Shown: positions 23,626-36,000 of the stretch, piece by piece
Numbering within the stretch: position 1 is the first letter of the stretch
Layout of the letters: each line of letters starts with the position of its first letter
DNA from: Marsupella aquatica
Taxonomy: Eukaryota; Plantae; Marchantiophyta
Length of the DNA: 64,000 nt
Assembly (NCBI GenBank): GCA_973895155.1
Contig: OZ316891.1
Coordinates: 21,395,380 to 21,459,379 of the forward strand
Direction of reading: 5' to 3'
Made by a program: the position numbers and the translations under genes
The notes under the pieces: model-generated
What the model was told of the DNA's origin: nothing
The model's database searches: none
Seen by the model: the letters and a program-made list of their open reading frames with translations, nothing else

Positions 23626-25115
23626 TCACGAAAAAAACGTCTTTTTTCGAAACTTCTCATAAAACTCAAAACTCAACACCGCCGCGTAGCCCACAAAGCT
23701 AGGAGTCCAATACTGAAATCCGAAATCAAAATCGAAATTCGACGGAAAAGTTATTCAAATTTCGGTCGGGGTGGGTAAAACCTTGGGAAACTCCCCCGTT
23801 TTGACCACCTCGGAGAATAACCAAAATACCAAGTACAACCTGTCGTCGGAATCGCAATGTGATCAGTGCGCCGCGTTGCTAACTCCAGTGGCAACGTCCT
23901 CACCAAAAAAGAACCAAAAAAGTTACCGTGCGGCGGATGGAATCTTTGTGTGACGGCCAAAAAACAGCTCTCTATTTTTCGGGAATATTCCCGCACAGTC
24001 CAACAGGGCTCACAGGGGGCCGTTCCCCCTGTCGGAGCGGTTAAAACGGAGGGTCACAGGGCTTGGGATGAGGCACAACCAATGAGGAGGAGGAGAGAAT
24101 TTTTTTTCTTCAGAAAAACACCCTCTAAAGGGGTCTTAAAGCCCCTGGCAAAGGCGCGCGTATTCGCGCCAGAATCGCGTATAAACAGCAAAAAAACGTG
24201 AAAAAACGGGTTTAAAGGGGTCAAAACGCGAGTATTTTCGCGTTTTGGGGCCGTATATGGGCGTTTTTGGCCGTATTTGGGCCCAAAAAAGCACGTTTTC
24301 GCGCTTAGAGGGGTGTGGGAGGCCGGTGTGCGCGCCGGGGCGTATGGCAAACCTGGTTTGTCGGGTATTGGGGCCGTATTGGGGCAAAAAATGCCCTAAA
24401 CTAACCTTAAAAATGTGCCCAAAATGACACAAAGGCCGTGTTACAAACCTCAGCCGCCTCCGCTTTGGTTTCCAATGAGAAAAGTGATGACCACCGACAT
24501 GAAAATGTTTCCGAATTGCACCGGCACGTCTGAAGCTCCACCAGAGAAAGAACTTCTGTTGCGTCGCCTTCACTCCGCGTCAAGTGCCAATCCCAGACTC
24601 AAAACGACCGTCTCGCCACGATCTCTCCGTTGAGCCTCAACACTTTGCGTGTCTTCCACCGAGTCGTACGTCACGAAGAGAAACCCGGTTCAGATGTGAA
24701 CAAGCTCCATAGCTGGTGAAAAAACCTGAACGCCTCCTTCACTCGTCATGACGCACTCGGTAACAACTCGGCAGCAATCTAGCTACCGAAATGGCCAGCT
24801 CGCTTCAACCTTCAACTTGAGCTAGAATGTGCGATCCCTCCCGTACCGCACAGCTCACACCATTGAAAAACGCAAACTCTGGTCTCTCTCCCGAAATACC
24901 GTCGAACATGAATAAATCCTGAACGACGCAAACTTCGATTTCTCCGCACCACGGATACCGATCAGCGAGTTCTAACCACCGTTAGAAAGCCCTCTCACTA
25001 ACCTATCCACTCAGCCACACACATTCGAGTTTTATGCGACGAAACTCCGAATGTACCATCGATAATGAACGCTGGAAAAAACCTGTCACGAAAAACCTCG
25101 TCACCTCCCAGGCAT

Positions 25116-25127
25116 GCTCTGATACCA
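25116..25127 (-). promoter_or_regulatory. Primer-binding site complementary to initiator tRNA-Met
   Basis: Minus strand reads TGGTATCAGAGC. Confidence 0.92.
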
Positions 25128-25129
25128 CT

Positions 25130-27132
25130 TGTAGTATTGCACTAAGGACATAAATCAACATTTAATATCCAAAACTCGGTATTCGATCCCATGGAAGAAC
25201 AAGAAAGGAATGATTTTCTATCGTTTAACACTTATGAATGACTAAGGTAACAAAAACACAGGTTTGAGCCTTTTACTATGGTTGCTCAGCAAGGCATAGA
25301 TTTGAATGTTTGCTTACATTGTAAATGCAATTAATAAAATGGAAATAAATAACAAAACACAATGAAATCTTGAGGTATGATGAGGGAGTCTGGAAAACAC
25401 CAAGGTAACTTCTCATCAATACTTCATTTGATGTGATTTTGGTGGTATATCTGTAAGAACATTTCTGGAATGGTTTACTGTACTAGGATGATTACTAAAA
25501 TGCCGTCAACACGTCTCAACTTTTCATTCCAAAGGTACTCAGAAGAAACTAGTAATCAATCACTTCGATATCCAGTCGGTACTCTGAGTCACGAATAATA
25601 AACACCATCATGATCAAATTGAAGTCACAGGTAATTGGTGAGTAACAATCTTTGCATCCGTGCACAAGCAATGTCATGCCAAAAACTATGCATCAAGAAC
25701 TCAAGAAGATGGGTTGTCACCACTTAAGGAATCTATTCCCTCATACTTCTGAGATTCAACTTCATACAAGTAATTTTACTTCAATGATCTAAACTCTCAA
25801 TCATTCAGACCAAGGAAGGGAGAAGAATTCCTTTGTATTTGCAAGCAAAGGTGATTCCAGTACTGCAGCACATGCCACAGGCACTACTTTATTTCTTCAC
25901 ACTTGAAAATGACACAAATTCTACTTCATATAGGCTAGCAGGAACCCAAGGAGACTGAGATACTGAAAGGACATGCCCTTTCATATCTAAAGGGTCTTGA
26001 ATAAATTTAATGACGGTCATCCTTGAAAAGTGAATGGACACTGCTGAAAGTGTCAAAAATGCAGGGGACGCTTCAGAAAGCGTCGAGGTTTGAGCGGACG
26101 CTTTGCAAAGCGTCGGTGTTTGCGGTAAAACTAATAAACAGTGATTTTAATCTAATTTTAACTTCTAAACTAAAAGTCGGAATGAATTGAAACTTTTCTA
26201 GGGTACTCTACTACATATAATCTCTATGCTGACAAAGTTTCAGACTTTTCTGAGATCTCTAAGTGTCTCAAATAAATCGGTAAAAGTGGCGCGGTGTTAT
26301 AAAGTGCGAAAACTGAAAATTTTTCTAAGTATCGGGAACATAGTGGACGCTTCAGAAAGCGTCCAAAACTACAAAGGACTTTTGTGGACGCTTCAGAAAG
26401 CGTCGGCTGAATTTTGAGGTTTTGGTCGCAGCGTCCGTCTTCTGGTCTTCGGGTGCGACGCTTCAGTGGGCGTCGCAGTGTCGATGTCGCCTTCGGGGTA
26501 GCAGATGCTTTTGTGGGCGTCGCTCCTCATGTGGATTGCAAAGCGTCGGAGTACAACTGGTTGGGTGGTGGACGCTTCAAAAAGCGTCGTGGTCTTGGGT
26601 GGACGCTTTTCGTCCAAAAATACAAGGGACGCTTCACAAAGCGTCGGCGAAGTCGCAGCTATGCGAAAAATAGCAAAACTAAATTAATTCTAACTTTCAA
26701 ACCACATGTCGGTTTGAGATGAAACTTGCAGGGATGATTCTACTACGCAACTACTACCTCCTGAAAAAGTATGAGACTTTTCTGACCATGATAGATATTT
26801 AACTAAAATAGCAGAGATCGGCTGATTGTGATAATTGTATACAGAGCTCATTCTTGTTGAAAAAATGTTTTGGAGTCCGGTTCTTGAATCTTCTAGTCTG
26901 CATTGCTTCTCCAATGATGTCCAGTCTTCTTTCTTGGTAGCATGTAAAGAGCAAGGATTTATATTGGCGATCCTTCTCCAATATAGGCAATAGCCTCCGA
27001 TGAAGCATAACATTAGGTAAAGTGTTCAGTTGATCTAAATTGCTATAAAAGGTAACTAGATTGTACCTTGAGTTAGAAAAAGTTTAAAATTTATAAAATT
27101 TTCATCATTTCTAACTAATGTACAGCATTACA
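25130..27132. mobile_element. ~2.0-kb solo LTR 'Y' of an unrelated (probably Ty3/gypsy) family
   Basis: Termini TGTAGTATTGCA...TACAGCATTACA (TG..CA, imperfect inverted). Perfect TSD CCACT (25125-25129 / 27133-27137). No convincing ORF. The gypsy assignment rests on length only. Confidence 0.88.
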
Positions 27133-28855
27133 CCACTTGTTGAGCATAGACAACATTCGTAACGGCAAGCCCATGAACCATCCAACGCACAATAGTCGAC
27201 ACAGAGAGATACGTGGTTCACCTCCACATGAGGCTACGTCCACGGGAACACACAAGAGCTTTACTGCACTCTAGGCCGACCGGCCATACCAAGCATCCAC
27301 AACAAGCTCTCCCTATCTCTCAACTAGCTCCGTAACAATGAGCCTAAGTTCCACCAGGGGCTGGCATCAGCCCTGGCTATATGCACAACAACACTACCGC
27401 TAACATTAGCTAAGTCCTAACCCGAGTTAGACTAACTGTGGTTAGCTCATGAGTCACAAGACTAGAGCAATATCTAACACCTTGCAATTTCACGGTTCAC
27501 GGAGTAACGTTGGGGCGCCGTCGAAGGGACCGTCGGCCCCATTGTTAGTTTAGGGTTTAGGGTTTTAGAAGCATGTGTGTGCCGCATGGTTTTAGTTTAG
27601 GGGTTTCTTAGTAAAGGATTTAGCGGCGCCACTAGGGTGGCCGCCACCATGGTGATCCCGTGAGGGGTGCTTTGGTGTGTTTTTTTCAGTATTTAGGGGG
27701 AGAGCCCCGGAGTAGTGAGGGGGGGAACTCAGTCTAGTGTTTGCTTAGGAAAGTTAGCTCATAGCCAGAAGAGGGAATCAAGCCAGAGTAGTGAGGTAGA
27801 GGTGTAGCACTTGCCCCAGTGAGGCAGTAGTTGGGCAGACGGCAGGAGGCCGGGTTGTCCTTGCAATGTGTTACAACGTTTTGCCAAAAGATATGGATTT
27901 GGTTTGATTCCTCAAGTTTTGGTGTGGTGTTACCTTTTCTGGTTCAAGATTGTATTCTTTCCCCAAGAAACGTCTAAGGAATCCTTGCACGGTTTGGTCA
28001 ACCATGTGAGTAGGGAGGGGTGGTGATAGCACTCCACCGACGACCAGTAGGAGTGTGTGTGTGGCGTAGTCCATGGGACTTGATCAAAAGTAGAGCGGCT
28101 AGTCGGTAGACTTGATCAAAAATTACATTTCCGGGAGCAAAAATAAACATACTCATCCTACATGCAATAGAATCCTAATAGCGTCCCTCCACGTTCCCGT
28201 CATACAATAACAAACAATTTTAGTAGGAGTAAATATGTATTTGTCGTGTAAATGGTTTGATAAGCAGGTGACCCATGAACCATCCAACGCACAATAGTCG
28301 ACACAGAGAGATACTCTCCCTATCTCTCAACTAGCTCCGTAACAATGAGCCTAAGTTCCACCAGGGTCTGGCATTAGCCTTGGCTATATACACAACAACA
28401 CTACCGCTAACATTAGCTAAGTCCTAACCCGAGTTGGACTAACTGTGGTTAGCTCATGAGTCACAAGACTAGAGCAATATCTAACAACACTAACATTCCA
28501 ATGTTCACGTTTATTAAAATAGTATTTATTATAAAAATAAGAATACCAGGAGAATATATAATAGTCTTGCACGTAGCCTGGCCTTGAGTTATTTTGTTAT
28601 AATGCGTTGAATGAATAATAAAATTGCAGACCTTGCATACATACATTACATACATGGGTTTGCACATTACACTAGTCTATGTTATCCATTTGTTTATACT
28701 CTCTCTCTGTCAAGATTATCCTTGAATTTGTCGGTAACAATGACGTACATCATACTATATATATATGGGATCCCAAGTATGGACAGAACAATCATACATC
28801 AACAACCCATATTAGGGTAAATATGCAATATATAGACTACTAAAGGGATAGCACC

Positions 28856-29183
28856 CTCGGGGGGGTCAGTACATGGGGGGCCATACATCGCGTGCAACGT
28901 TTTAGGGTTTGGACCCCCTAACTTATAAGTGAAAAATATTTTTTTGCAAAACCCTTTCTTTCTTTAAATTTTGTCATTTTTTACTAAAAACCCCCTAAAA
29001 ACTTTAAAGAAAATATTGTTTACAATTAAATAGGCCTATGTGTTCTTTACAATTGACTAGTGAATAAAACATGCCCTATGTGTTTTTCCACCAAACTTTG
29101 GAAGTCTTCTGTCACACCTATTTAAATGGGTCTATACTTCGTCGCACGTGATGTGCCACTTCCATGGAAGTGACCCCCCCGAG
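28856..29183. mobile_element. MITE / non-autonomous DNA transposon, 328 bp
   Basis: Perfect 13-bp TIR CTCGGGGGGGTCA / TGACCCCCCCGAG with direct flanks ATAGCACC (28848-28855 / 29184-29191). It can also be read as a 12-bp TIR with 10-bp TSD GATAGCACCC. Confidence 0.85.
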
Positions 29184-30221
29184 ATAGCACCCCCCACATA
29201 AATGTGACCCATGCATCCACAAAAGGACTCCCATACGTAGTCTGCAGCTAAAGAGAGGGCTGAAGCTGCCAGTTGTTGGCAATAAGATGATGCCCTAAAA
29301 GAGCCCACCAGACCTGTGGCGTTGCCATCCCTAAGCACATGCATGAAGAATCTCTAAAAGTAATCTCGATCTAAAATTTTGAAGCATTTCTACATTGTGT
29401 GAGAAACAACCAGCCCACTCTGGAGGCTAGAACACATTGCATACAATCCGCCTTTGTACTATGCAACAAGCTGCTACTCGTGGGTGCTCCCTGACGTTGC
29501 ATGTGGGGAAGGAAGGAACGTGCTTGACTCAAGATTGCTACACCACAATGGGTGTAAAGGACTAGCAGGTGCTCCAGTGCTTTATGCCATGATATTTTAT
29601 TATTGATTGTCTTTTGCCATGCCACTGACTAGTATCTCTACTGCATACACCCATCTTTGTGCACAATAGTGATGAGATGACTCGTCTTTCCTTGGTCCAT
29701 GTCTCTCCATAGGCGTCCTGCCCGCCATCCGGTCAACACTACAGAAACATTGATTTTGAAATTTTGTTTATACATTATTTTGCCCGGTGTCGGGGCCTGA
29801 ATGAAGGCAATGGGTTTTGGGGCTACTTTGGTCTCGTAGTCCCCAAGGAAGGAATATATGGTCCATACTCAGCCTTTTAGACTAAATGTTCAAGCACACT
29901 ATCAATCATCCATTAATTCTAAGTGCATACCAGTGCACTGGGTATTGGTTTCTAGTTTAAGTACATTACAATCATTTTTGGATGTCTGCATATGCTGTGA
30001 GCGCAACATACTGATCCCTTTGTTTGATGAAGCAAAGTTTCAAATCAATATATGTATGGGACTAATGTGCATTGAATATACAAGTATATTTGATGGCTTA
30101 TATGCCCGCTTATATGGAGACGTGCTAGGCTTTGTAACACAAAGGATGATGTGAGTATGTGTATGGGTGTGTATCTAAATGTTCAGGCTATGAAAATAAA
30201 AAAATGCTATGACAATATGTA

Positions 30222-30552
30222 TGTTGAACTATGACGTCTTCCTTCATGACGATCCAATCATTACTCATTCCATGCACATGTAGTCGACACAATCTCTACG
30301 TGGTTCACCTATTCTCTAAGGCTACGTCCACACAAACACTCAAGCTTTACTTCAAGAGTAGACAAAAACACATGCTCTCCCTCTTCCTCAAGTTGCTCCG
30401 TTACCATGAGTAAGCACCACCCACCAGCGGTTTACACTAGCCCTGGTATATACAAGTCACACACGACTAACCTAACCTCAGCTAAGACCCTAACTGTGGT
30501 TAGCCTAAGTACCGTAATCTTTGAGTCACAAGACTAAGAACAATCTTTAACA
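30222..30552 (-). mobile_element. Solo LTR of a copia family related to copia-A
   Basis: TGTTGAAC...TTTAACA. Shares TACGTGGTTCACCT, GGCTACGTCCAC and TGAGTCACAAGACTA blocks with the copia-A LTR. TSD ATGTA (30217-30221 / 30553-30557). Confidence 0.9.
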
Positions 30553-31189
30553 ATGTATGGGTATGTCAGATGTTGAGTAGCATAATAACAATTGGGACTA
30601 ATGATATATTGGGGTGTGATGTATATATTTGTTGCATATTTGGGACTCATTGTCTCCCTGTGTACCAGTGTGACCCTCACCCTATTTCATGCCAATTGTG
30701 CAGTTCACACACATACTCCATAGCGTGCCAATCCTTTTTAGGTCTATCTTGCTCACTAGATTATACTTGCAGAGGGTAGAGGGCATAAAAAGGAGGCAAG
30801 TGAGACATGCACATTATATGAGGGATCAACAACAGTTTCTCATGCAATAAAGGTCTTTTGTGCTCACAACAGTTCTAAATTCTTATTTGCACAAACAATG
30901 TCTCCACTACTTGTCATGTAGGATCAGGAGACATCATACTTGAATTGGCCCCTGGATTCTTTGAAGACAAGTGCAGCCATTTCCACTCATTGATATACGG
31001 TCCATATTTAATTGTAAAGGGAATAAAAAGAAGATTATGTGCCCCCATATGTGCCTCCAACAAATTGTGAAGCCACCCTTGTCTTTTGTAAAGAAAATGT
31101 GTTGTCAAGAAAGTGTGGAGACACATCTGATGAGAATCAAGAAAGTGTGCCAACCCATTGATGAAAATCACAATGACAACAAGTATGAT

Positions 31190-31890
31190 GTGTAGACATG
31201 TGCATCACTCACTGTGAAAGACTACATGGATGCAACAACATTTGCTTAGCAGATTTGTAGGCAATCTAACTTAGCCAAGATTACACTTTTACTTGTTTCA
31301 TAGCCTGTGTCACTCCTTCAACGGAAATATCAATTCCAACTGCAACAAGTGGGGCATCATCTAATCTTAACCTGGGGCACAAGTACCATGCAACTTAACA
31401 ACAAAATTGTTGTTTTTGTGCCTTGGAGGATGCACCCATGGGTTACTTGACATGGCCTGAAAGAGTTGAGTGCAAAGCAATTGTGGAAGAGTCTTCCACA
31501 ATAGGTTGTCCAAGATGTGTTAGGCTTATTGATGGCACCTTACTTCCTCTTTCTCAGCGTCCAACAAACTCCGGGGATGTTACTTTGATAGAAAGTGCAA
31601 ATATTCAATCAATGCCTAAGTAATTTGCGATTCCAAACAAAAGGTCTATACTTATTCATTGGTAAGACGTGTATCACATGTTCAGTGATCCTAGAGGCTG
31701 GTCGTATATTTGTATTCATTGGTTTAGTCTATATCGCAAAGTTATGTTGCTTGGGTTTGTTTCTGATTGCACACGCTACAAAAAGTCATCATTGTATTCA
31801 TTGCAACAGAGAATTGAGGTCTAGGAAGGAGATTGCTTGGCTAATTTGATGGATCATCATGTGTGCTAGATTGCACAATTATGTCACTGA
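31190..31890 (+). mobile_element. Second PIF/Harbinger transposase remnant
   Basis: CPRCVRLIDGTLLPLSQRP, frameshifted YFDRKCKYSINA*VICDSKQK, a GTAAG donor at about the same position as in the 14650-15440 copy, and C-terminal IIMCARLHNY near 31855-31882. Confidence 0.75.
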
Positions 31891-33064
31891 GCACATAATG
31901 ATATTTGAATGAAGAGGATTCAAAAATCATAATCCATGCTAGAAGGTGAGGTCCATTGATTCTCCTTTTAGAATCTCCCATCCTTAACTAGCTCCCTAGT
32001 ACTCTTGCTGAAGAATGGGGATGGCCATGTTTTAAAGCTATGAACAAAGAGTGGTCCATTAACGCCTCCCATGCCTCAATCCTACATGACATTCACAGGG
32101 TACCAGTTTTAGGCTAACGTGGTGAGATGTTCTGGCCAAACCAAACTAATTTTGGAGATATCTCATTCAAACAAATATCTTTATTGGCCCTGGTAGGTGC
32201 AAGTATTATTGTTAATCTGTTAATATTCTAATGACGCAAAACCAACACTGTAATGTTGGGAGTCTACCTGGTACCGGCCTCTCTACCTTCATTTGTTATC
32301 AAAGGGATTTTACTGGATTTGTAATAACTATCATTGGACAAGTTGACCATCAGTTTTTGGGGAGTGTGTCACTGGCATACCCAAGATGAAGATAACTCCT
32401 TGGTTTTCTAGTATCATTATTTTCTTGACATAGTTTATGACTATCAATGCTCAGCTGAAAAGACCTAGGATTGACCACTCATCTCTCATTGGATTGTCAC
32501 TTCTTGACAACAACAAACAAGATAAAAGGTGTGCAAAAGTTCTTATTGCCTATAAATTCTTAGTTTCACCAAGAAATTAAGTACCCAACTCTTAGTGCTG
32601 TTCTTTATTACAGTCTTCCCCCCAACACAAGGCACGGCCCTTGTATTTGATTTGTGAGCCCCTAGCATTCAGATAGATAGCCCTGGCCTTTTATTTGGGT
32701 TTTGAAGAATAAGTTTTGACAATGATCAAATAGGGCCTTGTGTTTGAGCTAGGGCTTCTGAATTCAGGTAAGGCCTTGTTTGTCTTGTTTGATTGAAGGC
32801 AACGATGGCATGCTAGGGTTTAGGGTACCGACCAACCAAAAACTATTCAACTATTTAGAAGATCCCCTTTGGGGATGCCCAACGCGAGTTGTCCCATGAC
32901 TTTGGTACTTTGGCAGGGCTTGGGAAATCCACTTTGAAATACGGCAGGTCCCGCGAGACCCTCCACATCCCCCGTGAAATAATTCCCTTGGGACAGGTTT
33001 TGGGGCTGCACTACAGGCACACCATAGGGTTTAACACTCTATCACGGACTCACTAGAAGGAACC

Positions 33065-36000
33065 TTGCAGGGCAATACAGTATGTGGAGAGGCCAATGTG
33101 ACCAAGTCTCACGAGGAAATGACTCAACTGTGGCATTCACGGCTAGGCCACATGAGTGAGAAGGGTTTGGCTATCTTGCAGAAGAATGGGCTCATTTCTG
33201 ATTTGCAGTCTTGTAAATTGGATTTTTGTGAGCATTGCATTTTTGGAAAGCAGCATCGTCGTGCTTTCGGTGTTGGAACTCATCATTCCAAAGCGGTTTT
33301 TGAGTACATACATAGTGACGTGTGGGGACCATCCCCGACTCCCTCACATTCTGGAAAATTGTACTATGTATCCTTTATTGACGATTACTCAAGATTTGTA
33401 TGGATTTATTTCATGACGCATAAGTCTGATGTCTTGTCCATTTTTACAAAGTGGAAGGCCCAAGTAGAGAATCAGACAAGAAACACGGTTAAGTGTTTGG
33501 ATACAAGGGTGAAGAGTCTAAGGTCAGACAACGGCGGGGAGTACACTTCAATAGAATTTGAAGAGTACTGTGCAGAACAGGGGATAACTCGTCATCTCAC
33601 CACAGTTTATACTCCACAGTAGAATGGTGTAGCTGAGAGGCTCAATCGAACACTATTGGAGCGGTCACGGAGTATGCTGAGCCAATCAGGTTTACCACAG
33701 GAATTTTGGGCAGAAGTTGTCAATACTGTAGCTTATTTGGTAAATCTTTCTCCTTCTAGTGCAATCAATTTCAAAACGCCATTTGAAATGCGTTATAAGC
33801 AGCAAACAGACTATCATGGCTTGGTAGTTTTTGGAAGTGATGCATATGCTCTCACACCAAAGTAGAATAGGACCAAGTTGGATCTTACGTCCAAGAAATA
33901 TATTTTTCTTGGGTATCAGAGTGGTGTGAAGGCCTACAGGTTATGGGATCCTATTGCCTGTAAGCTCATTGTTAGTAGGGATGTTTCTTTCAATGAATCC
34001 AGATTATTGAAGGAGGGGGAGAATACTCAGGTCTCCCGTACTGACAAAGGAAAATCTCCTATCCCGGATCTCGTTGAGGGGGAGATTGATCATGAAGTGC
34101 ATGATCGGAGAGAAGGAGGTGCTCCAAGCATGGAGCTGGTTCCTGTGCCAGAGGAACAAAAGGAGTTTATTGATGCTGGTGAGCAGCAAATGGATGCTGG
34201 TGAGCTTCAAATTGTACCAGTAGACGTAATTCAACCGGAGTCATCGGCTAGAAGAACATCTGGTCGTACTATACGCTCTCCTCCTAGGTATGGACAGTGG
34301 GTTGATTCATCTCAATTGCAAGAGGATGATTTTGTAGCTGATGATGAGGGTGATGCGTTAATTTTGGAAGAGGGGGAACCTTCTTCATTTCATGAGGCCA
34401 GTGCTTCAAAGGAGAAGCAGAAGTGGACTGCAGCAATGCAAACGGAGATGCAGTCATTAAAAGACAACAAAACTTGGGAGCTTGTTAAGCTGCCTAAGGG
34501 TCAGCAAGTGGTGGACATCAAGTGGATTTACAAGTTGAAGGATAATTTTACAGGAGGTGGATCAAAGGTCTACAAGGCTAGGTTGGTAGCAAAGGGATTC
34601 ACACAAGAGAAAGGTGTGGATTACAATGAGATCTTCTCACCAGTTGCTAAGTACTCTACAATACGACTATTGTGTGTACTTGTTGTAATGTTTGGTCTGT
34701 TGCTAGATCAGATGGATGTTGTCACAGCTTTCCTCTATGGCATATTGGAAGAGGTTATCTTCATGAGACAACCGCTAGGTTTTGTGAAGAGAGGACAGGA
34801 GGAATTGGTTTGCAGATTGCTGAAATCCTTGTATGGGTTGAAGCAATCACCAAGACAGTGGAACAAGCGGTTTGACGATTGGATTCGGTCACAAGGTTTT
34901 CACAAAAGTGTATTTGACCCTTGTGTGTATTTGAAACCGGTGAAGAATGTTGTCTTTGGGTTCATTGTTTTAGTACTTTATGTGGATGATATGTTTATTG
35001 CGGCCAATGATAGGTCTGAGATTGTTAAGCTTAAGACACTGCTCAGTGCATAGTTTAAGATGAAGGACCTAAGGCCAACTAAGAGGATTTTTGGTATGGA
35101 GATCACTAGGGACTTGGAGGCTAGTAAGCTATGGTTGACACAGAGCAATTATGCGAGGAAGGTAATTGCTAGGTTCAACATGGGGGATAGCAAGCGAGTA
35201 AGTACCCCTTTGGCTGCACACTTCAAATTATCATCAGCTTTCTGTCCCACAGATGCAACAGAGAAGGGGCTGATGTCAAAGGTTCTTTATGATAAGGCAG
35301 TGGGAAGTCTCATGTATTTGATGACTTGCACTAGACTTAATCTTGCCATGGCTATGGGCAAGGTGAGTAGGTACATGTCAAATCCAGGGAAGGTACATTG
35401 GGAAGCAGTGAAGTGGATTATCAGGTACTTGAAGGGTACCGTGGATCATGGTCTTTTATTTGATACGAATGCAAAGAATGCTTGATCATTGATTGGCTAT
35501 GTAGATTCTGACTATGGACAAGATTTGGACCGAAGGAGATCAACAATAGGATACGTGTTCACACTTGGCGGTGGATGCATAAGTTGGAGGTCTACTTTGT
35601 AGAAGTGTATTGCTCAGTCTACTATAGAAGCGGAGTATGTTGCAACTACGGAAGCAGCAAAGGAAGCGATTTGGTTGGATAGACTTATCACTGAAATGGG
35701 ATTGCCACAGGGGAATGTGAAGCTCCATTGTGATATTCAAAGTGCGCTCCACCTTGTTGTGAACCAGGTGATGGACAGCAGAGTGAAGCATTTTATCAGG
35801 CAGGGTGTGTCTGATAATTTATTTGAGCTAGTCAAGATTGATGGTAAACTCAACCCGGCTGACGCATTTACCAAAGTGATTCCTTTGGAGAGTTTCTCTA
35901 GACATCGTGACGTATTGCAGATTTTGCAATTGCATCACAAGTAGAGTTTTCTTAACATTCATTGTAATTACTGATATATGCTCTTCCTCATTCCTATGTA

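Larger units (their letters stand above)
18790..27479 (-). mobile_element. Full-length Ty1/copia LTR retrotransposon (copia-A) carrying a nested solo LTR
   Basis: 342-bp LTRs at 18790-19131 and 27138-27479 with 3 mismatches, all G/A at CpG. TSD CCTTG (18785-18789 / 27480-27484). Polypurine tract (PPT) GAGTCAAGGGGGAG next to 19131. iMet PBS at 25116-25127. Domain order gag-PR-INT-RT-RH. Confidence 0.97.
17643..28271. mobile_element. ~1.93-kb non-coding LTR-like insertion 'X' (17643-18789 + 27485-28271) hosting the full copia element
   Basis: Flanked by 5-bp CCCAT duplication (17638-17642 / 28272-28276) inside the copia-A solo LTR. Contains ~48-bp tandem repeats. Termini CGTGAC...GGTGA are not canonical TG...CA. 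Confidence 0.7.
17606..28486 (-). mobile_element. Copia-A solo LTR split by nested insertions (pieces 17606-17642 and 28272-28486)
   Basis: Starts TGTTGAGCATAGACGAC, breaks after ..GCCCAT, resumes CCCATGAACC.. at 28272 and ends ..TCTAACA at 28486. Has an internal deletion after GAGATAC. Flanks GTACT/ACACT look like a decayed TSD. Confidence 0.85.

Noticed and set aside
23751-24633. ORFs in the 1.5-kb copia leader as an extra gene
   Set aside because: Short, present on both strands, and explained by GC-rich and homopolymer-rich leader composition.
26067-26645. CRISPR-like look of the palindromic repeats
   Set aside because: Eukaryotic context, irregular spacing, no cas genes, and the array sits inside a TSD-flanked LTR.
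27548-27566. TTTAGGG telomere-like repeats
   Set aside because: Only about two copies, inside element X; such motifs are common in plant DNA.
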